A stretch of 60,797 nt of DNA, counting the filler, from Squatina squatina (Eukaryota): the NCBI GenBank assembly GCA_031763465.1. It is 3 parts of 2 records of this genome, joined end to end, with 100 filler letters (N's around TTAATTAATTAA, not from the genome) between each part and the next. Parts side by side here need not be neighbours in the genome. Positions count along the whole stretch, not along the records: positions 1 to 19,265 come from JARFOE010000100.1; 2 more parts are not named here. One strand, 5' to 3'. The notes under the pieces are model-generated. The model was not told the origin of the DNA and ran no database searches. It saw only the letters and a program-made list of their open reading frames with translations. Positions 1 through 11,271 of this stretch are shown one piece after another (the first letter of the stretch is position 1; every line of letters starts with the position of its first letter). The position numbers were made by a program, and so were the translations under genes.

Positions 1-2120
1 CCTAGGTACTGGTAGAGGAGGTGGCGAAGGAACTGACATGCTAAGAGAAGTAAAATGTACTGCTCCCAAGTGCACTCCCATTGGGTTGGGGCTCAACACT
101 TCCACTGATCTTCCGGAAAGCAGACTGCAGAAGATAAGTAACCCCGTGAAAGCCCCCATCTATTTGGTCTACGAATCTGTCCAAGGTGGACGTCTGTCTC
201 TCAAAGGCAGCTCAGAGCCTGCATTGCAGCCATTTGAGCTTCTACCAAAAGTCATTGGCCTCAAAATTGGATAAGGCCCAAAAACAGGCAGTGTCAAGGG
301 CCAGCATTACTTGCCTGCGCTCGTTCAAGTGGTCCAGACAGCACATAGAATTCGTGCTGCCTTCTCATTATAATGATTGCAGTGCTGATCTCAGTGCTAA
401 ACATATTGCTGCTTGGCTTAGCGCTAAATATGTGGGCTAATATCAGGTGCAGTCCAATGGCCACTAAAGTTTGGCCTCGGCTCTCTTCTCTACTTAAAAG
501 GGAGCTGCTTTGTTGCTGCAGCAGCTCATTGTCAGTCAGGCTAAAAACATGGCTCAGCAGCCGAGAGAGCGAACACAAAGGTTTTCGGATGCTGCACTCG
601 TCTTGGTAGTTGCAGTTCAAAGAAGGCGGGATGTACTGTTCCCTTAGGGTGGCAGGAGGCCATCCAAGGATACTAGTAGAAGGCTCTGGCAGGAGATAGC
701 TCACTCCATCACGACCACCAGTGTGGTTCCAAGGACATGGATCTAATACCAGAAGAAATTTAATGGCTTCACTTGGCAGATCAAGGTGAGCGAAGGCTTC
801 AGCAAATGCCATATCCCTCCATCTGCACCACAAGCCTCACACACTACTAAAATGCACAACCAAAGATTTTACAGTTTTGGCATATATCTTTTACAAAATG
901 CTGGTATTTAAAGTGTTACATCACTTGTTCTTCAGAATTTAGGTAACATTACGGCACTCTTAAGAATACTTATTGACATTTGATGCTGTGCTGTGTCACA
1001 AATTAAGATGCTTGATGTGCACCCACATACCCTCCAGTACAAGAGTGGGCTGGTTGTGAGCCAGCGTGTTGTATGACTCATTTTATAGCACAGGTATAAA
1101 GCACATGATCCGTGTTAAAGGAGTTGTTATGCATCCTGCAGTGAAAATAATAATTATAGAAAGAGGTATGTGGTGCTAACTGAATAAATGATTGTTACTC
1201 CATGTCTATTAAATAATATTGCTGCGAAAATGTGTTCCATATTTCAATCTGCTACACCCAGGGCAACTTTACAACTCCTTTCCTCTTCACCCTTGGCTAC
1301 TGAAGATAGTCTGCACCTTTCAACAACAGCCATCCCCATATATATAGCATCATTAACATAATAAAACAAGGGGGAAGGGTAAATATGAGGCTGTCAGACA
1401 GGAANNNNNNNNNNNNNNNNNNNNNNNNNNNNNNNNNNNNNNNNNNNNNNNNNNNNNNNNNNNNNNNNNNNNNNNNNNNNNNNNNNNNNNNNNNNNNNNN
1501 NNNNTAAAGCAGCACTGGCATAGTAGGCTCTGCAGCTTAGTAACTTTAAAAAACACTGTTGTCCTAAGCGAGGGCAGCTCAAGTAGGTAGTGTGCAATAT
1601 AGAGACTGAGGTTCAGAAACATGTGCCGTATTTGCGCGCTACAAATCTATGCAAAATACATGCTAGAACCTTAAAGAGACAGTGATGTGTAAATTATTTT
1701 ACTGTGTGCCTCTAATGAAGTGATACTTTCCCTTTAAAAAGTTGCACATTGATGCAAATAAGCCTGAGCTAAGAATGAAATTAGGTGAAATAATTGAAAT
1801 GCTTACATGCTTCAGTTGGCCTACCAATAGGAATATCCAACAGGCATGTTCTGCATGTAATTTCCATGCAAACACAAAGGCAGATTAATTGTATATCTCC
1901 TGGTGATGATGTCAAAATAAGGATAAGAAATTGAATATTTTCGACTGGCTGAACACTGATGTCGCTGTACAACTGGCTAAAAATAACTTGCTTATCTAAT
2001 TCAGAAGGAATTTATCAAATCTCTTTAGGAGGTGAAGAAGCATTTTTCCCCCTTACCATCGGCTCCTCATCTACAGACTAGAGGAACAAAGGCAGTTCTC
2101 AGCTGACTGGAGTCTCGCTC

Positions 2121-2130
2121 AGCCAATCAG
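2121..2130 (+). promoter_or_regulatory. CCAAT (NF-Y) box upstream of the beta-4a exon
   Basis: AGCCAATCAG fits the extended NF-Y consensus and lies about 320 bp upstream of the exon. Confidence 0.4.
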
Positions 2131-2265
2131 AGCGTCCCCTTCTGGCCATGTCATCAGGACCTGATGAGGAGAGGATGCTTTTTATTCTGTAGTTGAAAGG
2201 CAGAGAAATGCCCGGTCTGAGCAGCCTCTGGGGATAACCTGCTCTTCATGATGTGAATGAACAGC

Positions 2266-2309
<44 letters not shown>
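2266..2309. repeat. (CT)n microsatellite
   Basis: About 21 CT units, directly visible. Confidence 0.95.
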
Positions 2310-2449
2310 GCTTCTTGACTGGGCTACGCATCTCTGTAACAGACATCAGCAGGCACGGGATCCTGGGCTTCCTGGCTTTCCATTTGCAGCTGGACTGACA
2401 TATTTATATTCTGTGGTGTTTATCAGGAGTGCTGGTTTATCAGAGCTAC

Positions 2450-2494
2450 ATTTACTACAATCTGTACCTGCATGGATTCGATGACTCGGAGGCG
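2450..2494 (+). CDS. CACNB4: CACNB4 beta-4a-type alternative first coding exon (start codon position reads ATT)
   Basis: Translates IYYNLYLHGFDDSEA followed by a phase-0 donor GTGAGT at 2495. Matches the beta-4a N-terminus MYDNLYLHGIEDSEA as recalled from mammals. Confidence 0.85.
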
Positions 2495-3276
2495 GTGAGT
2501 ATATGTTGTGCGAGTGAACTGGCAAGAGGGAGGGGACTAAAAAAGTCTATCGAACAGCACACAGAGCATGAACAAAAAAACACTGGTTGCTATTTCTCTC
2601 ACTGGCAGAGATTCCTTTTAATTCAGTGACACCTGCAATAATCCTCCATTAAAGCTTGCATTGCCAGGCAATGATACTGTAAATATATGTGAAGACTGGA
2701 GGCCTGCCTGTGCTGTAGTCACCAGCAATTCTAGTCTCTCGATCTCTCAGCAGCAATAGCAGAAAGCAACAGCAATGGATAGTATCTTCGCTCTGTCAAG
2801 CTTTAACAACCTCAACCCGACAACTGCTAGTCCAGCGTTTGGAGTGAGAGAAAAATAACCGAATAATTAACTTGCACGTACATTGAAAATGTTTTGATTT
2901 CCTTTTTATTATGTGAAGTGCTCACTTATTTTTACCAGTTCAAAATCCAAAGTTAAAATCCATACTGTCCCCTCGAGGAGTGTGTTTGTTTCTCAATGGA
3001 CGACAGAGCACTGCGCTCCAGCAGAATATTGCTTGCAGCACAAGTATGGAGGATGCCTATTGCTTTGCTAACATCATTTTCACACAGCTGGATACTAGTA
3101 TGCTTTAGCCATTTTGAATGGTAAACTGTGACATTTGAATGAGAGCAGGATGAATGGCAATATGGTACCAGTGATANNNNNNNNNNNNNNNNNNNNNNNN
3201 NNNNNNNNNNNNNNNNNNNNNNNNNNNNNNNNNNNNNNNNNNNNNNNNNNNNNNNNNNNNNNNNNNNNNNNNNNNN

Positions 3277-3390
3277 GTTGCATTTGCCGTAAGAACGAAT
3301 GTCACTTATTGCGGCGCTCTGGATGAAGATGTACCAGTCCCAGCAACTGCCATCTCTTTTGATGCCAAAGACTTTCTCCATATTAAAGAA
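3277..3390 (+). CDS. CACNB4: CACNB4 SH3-domain exon (5' end lost in gap)
   Basis: [38 protein letters not shown] then GTAAGC donor. The [11 protein letters not shown] motif is beta-4-type rather than beta-3-type. Confidence 0.95.
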
Positions 3391-4065
3391 GTAAGCTTTA
3401 CTAACACAAAATGGATTCTGCCATCCCTGGGTTTCTAAGCAGCATTATTCCCAATCACAGACAATTTTTATTATCCTAAATCAGTGAAAGTGGGGTTAGG
3501 AGCAGTAACTGAACAATCAAAAATTAATGGGCTTGTACTGCTGTTGTGCTGAAACCCAGTCTGGTTGAACACACCTCAGAGTGGTATGAAGCCAATGTTC
3601 TCGCTCTGGAGTGTGTGAAGTAGAAAGACATGACATCATGGAGCAGAGGCACAAGAAAACAGTGGCATCCTTGCTCCAACATGTACTATACCAGACTTGT
3701 ACCAAGAGGTGAAGAAATAGGTGGTGGGACAATGGACCAGATCTGTGTGAAAAAGTTGAATACTATTTTAAGCCTCATGACTACATGACATAATCAAGCT
3801 TTGTGAATTGAATTACGAGACTTCTGACCACAAAGTTACAGCATACGGTTTGAACATGTTTCTTCATTATGAATATAATTCCTATAGTTTTAATGTTTCC
3901 AAGTTTAAATGCCAAGCAGTGAGTCGAAATCAATTTCCAGCCCAAATTGTGTGCCATATTCTCTNNNNNNNNNNNNNNNNNNNNNNNNNNNNNNNNNNNN
4001 NNNNNNNNNNNNNNNNNNNNNNNNNNNNNNNNNNNNNNNNNNNNNNNNNNNNNNNNNNNNNNNNG

Positions 4066-4658
4066 GTCTTAGTTGACAATTTCCCCAAATGGGTGGAAGC
4101 TTTCCTATCTTAAGCTGCTACAGCCCTGTTCATGGCCAAAACTCTAGTAAATGAAGTTTTCTCCAGATGGGGGCTTCCAGATATCATGGACTCTGATCAG
4201 GGGTCCATTTCATGGGACAGGTTTTGCAAATTGTGTTGACAATGTTGGGGGTAAAGGCCAAGTGGCATGTCACCTATCACCCACAATCCTCTGGAATCTT
4301 GGAAATAATGAATCAAACCCTTAAGGAATGGTTGAGGACGGATCTGGGCGAAGTGGATCAAAAGAAATGGGATGAAATCCTACCGGTAGTACTTATAGGT
4401 ATCAGGGCAGGAACCTCCAGATCCACTGGCTATTCCCCGCATGAGCTGGTAACGGGAAGAGCGATGAAGACAATTATACACCTGTTAGTCCCAGGGTTGA
4501 GTGACAGACAGGAACTAGAAACCAATAAGGATAAATTTGCCACTAACCGAAGAGAGAGCCTGCAAAGAGTTTTGCGAACAGGTGCTGTTAATATTGGAAA
4601 ATGCCACAGGGAAAACAAACTGCGACTAGAATGTGCAAAAACCCAAACTGCATGCTAA
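4066..4658 (+). mobile_element. degenerate Gypsy/retroviral-type integrase (rve) fragment
   Basis: VLVDNFPKWVEAF, FSRWGLPDIMDSDQG, YHPQSSGILE.MNQTLK, W...LP.VL..IR, TGYSPHEL. Contains an in-frame stop (about 4111) and a frameshift near 4205. Confidence 0.85.
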
Positions 4659-4929
4659 TTAATTGTAAAACTGTATAATTCAGGTTATTTGTCCCAGTAA
4701 AATAAACTGAAGAGATTTTTAATTAAACCTTTCGTGTGACTGGCTCATTTTGTCCAAAAAAATTTAGAAACCTGTTCCCAGGACTTAAAAAAAAAAGAGA
4801 TAATTCCTACACTTCCTCCCTTCCCACTTAGGAATACAACTTTGTATGTGTTTTGATTGTTGGGAATTGCCCAGGATTGCTCTTATTTTATTTTGTATAC
4901 CAGGAGAAAACAAGGGAATTAAAATTTTT

Positions 4930-5730
4930 TTTTCAGGATATGGGCATCGCTGGCAAGCCCAGCATTTATTGCCCACCTCGAGTTGCCCTGAAAAGGTGAT
5001 GGTGGACCTTCTTCTTGAACTGCTGCATTTCATGTGGTGAAGGTGCTCCCACCTTGCTGTTAGGTAAGGCCTTCCAGGCGTTTGACCCAGCGATGATGAA
5101 GGGACGGCGATATATTTCCAAGTCATGATGGAGTGCCATCCACCTTCTACCCTTTGCCACCTAGGTGGTAGAGGTCACAGGTTTGCGAGGTGCTGTTGAA
5201 GAAGCCTTGACAAGTTGCTACAGTGCATCTTGTAGATGGTACACACTTCATCCACGGTGCACCAGTGGTGGAGGGAGTGGACATCTAAGATGATGGATGG
5301 GCTGCTGATCAAGCAGACTGCTTTGTCCTGGATGGTATTTAACTTCTTGAGTGTTGTTGCAACTGCACCCATCCAGGTGAGTGGAGAGTATTCATTTAGT
5401 TCGTGGAGAGGCTTTAGGATGCAGGAAGTGAGAAACATGCCACAGAATACCCAGCCTCTTACCTGCTCTAGTAGCCACAGCATTTATGTAGCTGCTCACT
5501 TGGGTTTCCAGTCAATGGAGACTCCCAGTATGTTGATGGTGGGGGATTCAATGATAATAATGCCATTCAAAGTCAAAGTCAAAGGGCTCTCTTATTGGAG
5601 ATGCTTATTGCCTGAAACTTGTGTGGCGCAAATGTTACTTGCCACTTATCAGCTCAAGTCTGGATGTTGTCGAGGTCTTGTTTCATGCGGGTACAGACCA
5701 CTTCATTATCTGAGGGGTTGTGATCTGTGC
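4930..5730 (-). mobile_element. 3' portion of a non-LTR retrotransposon (CR1/L2 superclade)
   Basis: Minus-strand YSPLTWMGAVATTLKKLNTIQDKAVCLI...SLHHW...IYKMHCSN and a 3' tail GGGCAATAAATGCTGGGCTTGCCAGCGATGCCC followed by poly-A. Confidence 0.85.
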
Positions 5731-5766
5731 AATCATCAGCGAAGAGCCCCACTTATTGTGGAAACG

Positions 5767-6182
5767 TTTTTTTTTTAAATCATTGGGTATGGGTGTCGCT
5801 GGCAAGGCCAGCATATATTGTCCATTCCTAATTGTCCTTGAGAAGTTGGTGGTGAACCGCCTTCTTGAATACAATTGAGTGGCACAAGGTAGTTAAGAGT
5901 CAATGACACTGTTGTGGGTCTGGAGTCACATTTAGGCCAGACCAGGTAAGGACAGCAGATTTCCTCCCCTAAAGGACATTAGTGAACCAGATGTGTTTTT
6001 AATAACAATCAAGTAGTTTTATGGTCACCATGACTGATATTAGCTTTTCAATTCCAACTTTATTTAATTAACTGAATCTAAATCCCCAGCTGCCATGGTA
6101 GGATTTGAACTCACGTCTCCAGATTATTAATCTGAGCCTCTGGATTACTAGTCCACTAACATAACCACTATGCTACCGTACC
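5767..6182 (-). mobile_element. tRNA-derived SINE sharing its 3' tail with the adjacent LINE
   Basis: Minus-strand head GGTAGCATAGTGG (A box) ... GAGTTCAAATCC (B box). Tail GGACAATATATGCTGGCCTTGCCAGCGACACCC resembles the LINE tail at about 4940-4975. Confidence 0.8.
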
Positions 6183-6184
6183 CT

Positions 6185-6610
6185 CATTGTTCATTGGGTG
6201 CAGCATTCCTAAGGTACCACATTCAAGAGGTGCCAGATTCAATCAATGCAAGATTCCTGGGGTTCAAAATTATTCTTGTGATACATGAATTATTCATTGG
6301 GCACCATATTCGTAGGGTGCAAGAATTACTCATGGAGTACAGGATTTAAGGAGTACAGGAATTACGTACTCTGTGCAGGATTCATCCATTAGTGATAGGT
6401 TACAGGATTCAAGGAGATGTGGGATTCATGCGATATTTGAGGTGCAGGAACTATTCATGTAGTACAAGAATCATTCATGAAATACATGATTCAGACAGTA
6501 TAGTAATCATTCAAGTGGTACATGAATTATTCATAGATAACAGGGTTCCGGGGGTATGGAATTATCAAAAGCATATGGCACCAACATTTACTAAATATCA
6601 GGTTATACAT
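6185..6610. repeat. decayed ~20-25 bp minisatellite
   Basis: Recurrent ATTCATGGGGTACAGGATTC-like units, strongly diverged. Confidence 0.55.
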
Positions 6611-6879
6611 TTGAACTGACAGCATGAAAACCAAAACCCTTGCTAAATACTGACATTAATTAATTGGACTCATGCAGAGCCACTAGTTAAATCAGAGCCG
6701 CACTTTGTGGAGATCTTAATTACGGGAAAACGAACCTGTTTTTCTGCCTCAGATTTCCAGTAGTTTTCTTTATAACTCTGTGAAACCTCAGGTTGGTGTC
6801 ACTGTTTGGATCACTCATGGTCGTTCAGCTTTACAAAGGTTTTAGCTGAGTTTTTCCAAAGATGAAATTATTGTATAGC

Positions 6880-7185
6880 AAGACATGCGATATGGATTCC
6901 TTATAGAGGAGCCCACAGTACAACTTGAAGGTTCAAAGTGTCCTCGCAAACAGTGCACAATCATCAACCGCCTCAGAACTGGCCATGATCGATGCTCCCA
7001 CCTCTCCATAGATGGAAGATTAACCATCTCCATCAGGCAACTGTGGAGCTCCTAATCAGACCCTGGAGCACATCATCGAGCACTGCCCTCAGGGGAAATT
7101 TGCAGGCAGCCTACAAGATACCCACGTTGTTACACTGGAAGCTTTGGCCTGGATATCTGACTTAGATATTGATATTTGATTTGCT
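6880..7185 (+). mobile_element. 3' end of an Ingi/Vingi- or I-group LINE
   Basis: INRLRTGHDRC...HRWK...CGAPNQTLEHIIEHCP, a degenerate C-terminal CCHC zinc knuckle with frameshifts. Confidence 0.7.
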
Positions 7186-7732
7186 TTGCTTCTACCATAC
7201 AAAAGAAAAAGATTCCCTCTCTGGCTTCTCAAAGTTATTGCAACATGTTGATCTGGAAAGCACCATTTTGGAAATTTATTCAGATAAATTTAGTAATATT
7301 TATTTAATGTGAAAAATAGCTTTTCAAGCAAGATGACCCATGTGGTGTAACATAATAACTCAAAATAACTGAGTTTGTTAATCATAAGACGTTAAAAATG
7401 GCTTTCATTTCTTCAGCTTGCTAAAGTTACAAACTAACTTACCACTGGCTAAACGGGATTTTATAACCCATAGTCACACGATTCACTTTAGTATCAGGAC
7501 CCACGTCACAAGGTGAAAGCTGATGAGTTTTTAACTGTGAAATAATATGGTGCATTGCTTCTTTTCTGCCTTTACATTGTGTGTTGGAACATTCTTGGTG
7601 TTCCTGAAGAGTAGAGTCACTGAAGAATAAATGTAATTGAAGTCATATTATGACTCAGTTTCACTTTACCACAGTCAGTGATGGTTGTTGTTGTGAAGTT
7701 GGCATCTCCAAAATTTTCATCTGTTTCAACAG

Positions 7733-7809
7733 AAGTACAACAATGACTGGTGGATAGGGCGACTGGTGAAAGAGGGCTGTGAAATTGGATTCATCCCAAG
7801 CCCCCTCAA
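7733..7809 (+). CDS. CACNB4: CACNB4 SH3/HOOK exon (3' end lost in gap)
   Basis: Acceptor tttcaacag, then [25 protein letters not shown], running into an N gap. Confidence 0.95.
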
Positions 7810-7909
7810 NNNNNNNNNNNNNNNNNNNNNNNNNNNNNNNNNNNNNNNNNNNNNNNNNNNNNNNNNNNNNNNNNNNNNNNNNNNNNNNNNNNNNNNNNNN
7901 NNNNNNNNN

Positions 7910-8520
7910 TCAGATTACCGCCCCTCAAAAGAAGTGGAGCGCAATCTCACGTGCTCCAATTCCTTTGGGGGCCATTCTCGGGGCACTGTTGGACCCTTAA
8001 TGGGACCAGCTCTGTGCATACAGCTGACGCGTTCCAACACCCCTCCCCTTCGCTTAGAGGGGAGGGCAGCTGCGCACTCCGCAGGGCCTCTGGTGGCTTC
8101 CACTAGGCCACTAGGGCAGCGTTGGGCCTGGCTTGCAGCCCGGCACCCAAAACCGAGGGCCGGGCTGTCCGATGCAGGCCGGACCAGTTCATTGTAAAGC
8201 TGACCCGAGAGTTGGCGGACAAAATAAGATGGCGGCCCAGGGCGCTGGCGCTCTCCCCTTTAACTAGCACCCCGAGAGCAGATGCCAGCCAGACTCGTGA
8301 CTCGTGAAGCTGGCACTGGTATCCGTCTGCTCCAGCCTCGCGGCCCACGGGGCACTTTCCACCGCGGGGCATTAAAGGGTCGGCGCAGGTCGGTGAGGGG
8401 TCACTGCGCACGCCGATGATGTCATCGTTGTTTGCGCGGTGATGTGGCAGCACCTCCGCAGACTCCCAGGCAATTTCCCAGGAGGTGGGAGCCCCACCCC
8501 TCCCCTCCCCCGGGCAAAAA
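7910..8520 (+). mobile_element. GC-rich interspersed repeat, family A (non-autonomous, class uncertain)
   Basis: Colinear with about 53598-54057: TTACCGCCCCTCA...GGAGCGCAATCT...GTGCTCC and GCTGCGCACTC.GC.GGGCCTCTG are shared. Confidence 0.75.
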
Positions 8521-8648
8521 GTCCCTCTTAATTATTGTTGGAGATTTAATAATTTTTTAAACTTTTTCTTTCTATCTCTTTTTCCTCTCTCTTAATCCCA
8601 TCTTTTTTCCCCTCTCTTTATTTCGCTTTCTGTAGCTGATTTGACATT

Positions 8649-9358
8649 GTGACAGAAATTGCGGACTCAGGCCTCCGATCAGAAAACTCCTCCCGACTTT
8701 ACCTGGTGATCCGGGGGCTGCGAAAGCTTGCGCTCCTGGGGTTCCAGAGGAGAGTCGGTGGAGTGGCCCAGGGACCGCTCCATCGGAGGCGGTTCACACA
8801 CCCTGCTGAGATCACGTGGGAGGTCTCAACCAATCAGGTAGGATTATCTCCCATTCATACTTCTGCAGATCTCTGACATTTACGGAGATTTGTCGAAGTA
8901 TGAATGGGAGATCGTAAAACTTCACAAGCACTTAAAAATACATTTTAAAAACTACTGAAACATTGAAATTTAATAAAATTATATAAATAATTAGATAAAT
9001 AACACATTTTTAAAAAAAAAATTTAAGCGATATTTTAAAATGTCTAAAAACATACTTACCTTAGTGGACATGGCTTTTAAATAATGTACCACTAATTTAT
9101 TTTATTTTCACATTTTTAAAAACTCTTACGCTAGTATAAGTAAGCCTGTACACTTGCTTTTACCATGCGTAAAAAATTAAAGAGCTTTCTATGGGCAAAT
9201 AGCGCAACGCTCCACCCAGGAAAGCTCTTTTCCTGTCCAGGCAGACAGGTGGGCATGCGCAGTGCAGCCCTAGATCCAGAACTTGTGGGGTCCCTACAAG
9301 TGCTTGCGAACATCATACGCACCCAGGGGGACCCAATGGGATTGCAAATACAGCCCCA
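8649..9358 (+). mobile_element. MITE-like non-autonomous DNA element, family B
   Basis: Imperfect TIRs (GACAGAAATTGC ... GCAAATACAGCCCC). Internal blocks are shared with 34786-35340 and 54158-54565. Confidence 0.65.
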
Positions 9359-9675
9359 CTAGGAGTGAGATTTATCACAAACCCTTATAAATACAGTGTA
9401 TGTTTATTTTATAATAGCAAGCCACATAAAAGTAGGTTACACTTTTCAACCAAATAGATGAGCCTTAATGTAAATGAGTGAGGCTCAATTGGTCCGTTGT
9501 ATGATCCAGATATTGGCAGTCAATTCCTTTTTTTGATAATTGATTATTTTCATGACATAAGTCATAAAGGAATTGTAAGGACCTCGAATCTGCTCTGAAT
9601 GTGAACTGGATAGCCAATAACATTCTTCAATGTTACTCAGTCTTCCTAAATAATTCTTTTATATTTTTGTATTAG

Positions 9676-9752
9676 GAAGTCCAGTGGGAACTCTTCTTCC
9701 AGCCTCGGTGATATGGTGTCTGGTACGTGGCGTTCTCCCTCCCCTTCTGCAG
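9676..9752 (+). CDS. CACNB4: CACNB4 HOOK exon (77 bp)
   Basis: Acceptor tttgtattag; KSSGNSSSSLGDMVSGTWRSPSPSA; donor GTGAAT. Confidence 0.92.
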
Positions 9753-10005
9753 GTGAATTTGTTCTTTAATCACACCTGGAGTATTCGACTTGCAATTTCT
9801 CAACTGACTTTAACTCTGTGGGTATCACTGTGTGCATTGCATTATAAAGTAAGTAACACATTGAGGAGTTCAGAAACTGTTGTAAACCAGGAGAGTGAAA
9901 CTCAAGTGGTTTATCAGTGTATTCTGAACCATAAGAACTCTTATATGTACATATAATGAATTTCTCACTGTTTTACCAAAATAAGGTTAATGCTCAGTAT
10001 AGGGA

Positions 10006-10562
10006 ATGCAGTTGATATCGCCGCAGGAGTTCCTCAGGTCAGTGTCCAAGGCTCAACCATCTTCAGCTGCTTCATCAATGACCTTCCCTCCAACACAGGG
10101 TCAGAAGTGGGGATGTTCACTGATGTTCAGTTCCATTCGCAACTCCTCAGATAATGAATCAGTCCATGTCCGCATGCAGCAAGACCTGGACAACCTTCAG
10201 GTTTGGTCTGATAAGCGGCAAGTAACATTTGCAGCGCACAATTGCCAGGCTATGACCATTTTCAACAAGTGAGAGTCTGGCCACCACCCCTTGACATTCT
10301 GTAGCATAACCATCGCCAAATCCCCCGCCGTCAACATCCAGTGGGGGGGCGGGGTCACCATTTACCAGAAACTTATCTGGACCAACCACATAAATACTGT
10401 GGCTACAAGAGCAGGTAAGAGGCTGAGTATTATATGATGAGTGTCTCACCTCCTGACTCCCCAAAGCCTTTCCACTATCTACAAAGCACAAGTCAGGAGT
10501 GTGATGGAATACTCTCCACTTGCCTGGATGAGTGCAGCTCCAACAACACTCAAGAAGCTCGA
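10006..10562 (+). mobile_element. LINE reverse-transcriptase fragment (same family as 4930-5730)
   Basis: GVPQ-like, FINDL-like, MQQDLDNLQVWSDKRQVTF and IYKAQVRSVMEYSPLAWMSAAPTTLKKL segments across frameshifts. Confidence 0.85.
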
Positions 10563-11212
10563 NNNNNNNNNNNNNNNNNNNNNNNNNNNNNNNNNNNNNN
10601 NNNNNNNNNNNNNNNNNNNNNNNNNNNNNNNNNNNNNNNNNNNNNNNNNNNNNNNNNNNNNNCTGACAGAGCAAAGAAAAACGACCATTCCCAGCCCATT
10701 GCCAGTCTCTCAGCGGTTTTAACCTTAAATTGACCACATGATCAGTCAGGGGGAAAATTTGTTTTAAAAAGCTGTACAATGAGATCCAAAGAAAGGCTTT
10801 TCCACATAGTTTAAATTGTAGTGTGAGGACAGGACAGTAGCAGGAGCCATGTGTGCTGGTGGTGCCCATAATTTTGCCACCACAGAACCAGTAGTTGGAT
10901 CCCACAAACAGCCACAGTGACAGAAATTCTATACTTAGCCTGTTTGAAATCGATGAAATACACCAAAAAGGTTAATTTAGCTTCATCCATAGAGAGTAAA
11001 AATCATGCTGTTTATAGCTACAGACAGGAATCACTCAAAATATGTTTTACAAATTCAGCTCCTATTTCTACCTGAGTTTCTTTTGTTGCGACCCTGTTAG
11101 TTCTGTTTTAAGACAGGTTGAACAGATCTATATGAAATCTCTACAATTACTTTCATCTTCTGCGATTCTCTCTTTCTCTGCACTTCCCTTTCCATCCTTT
11201 CCTCCTGTACAG

Positions 11213-11271
11213 GTAACAGACATGATGCAGAAAGCTCTCTTTGACTTCCTAAAGCACCGGTTTGATGGAAG
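11213..11271 (+). CDS. CACNB4: CACNB4 GK-domain exon (59 bp)
   Basis: Long polypyrimidine tract and acceptor; [20 protein letters not shown]; donor GTGAGC. Confidence 0.96.

Noticed and set aside
294-833. 179-aa - strand ORF
   Set aside because: No recognisable domain or splice structure. It may be a decayed LINE endonuclease region, but the support is too weak to call.
6090-6182. tRNA genes at A/B-box motifs (also 12050 and 59180-59246)
   Set aside because: No complete cloverleaf; they are SINE heads continuing into SINE bodies.
10663-10771. Vestige of the long HOOK exon 7A of CACNB1/2 (AKKND.IP ... FKK resemblance and similar length)
   Set aside because: It is frameshifted and has no GT donor. 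The EHIPPYDVVP exon is absent from the ungapped stretch up to 11213, so this segment lies downstream of that exon, in the wrong intron.
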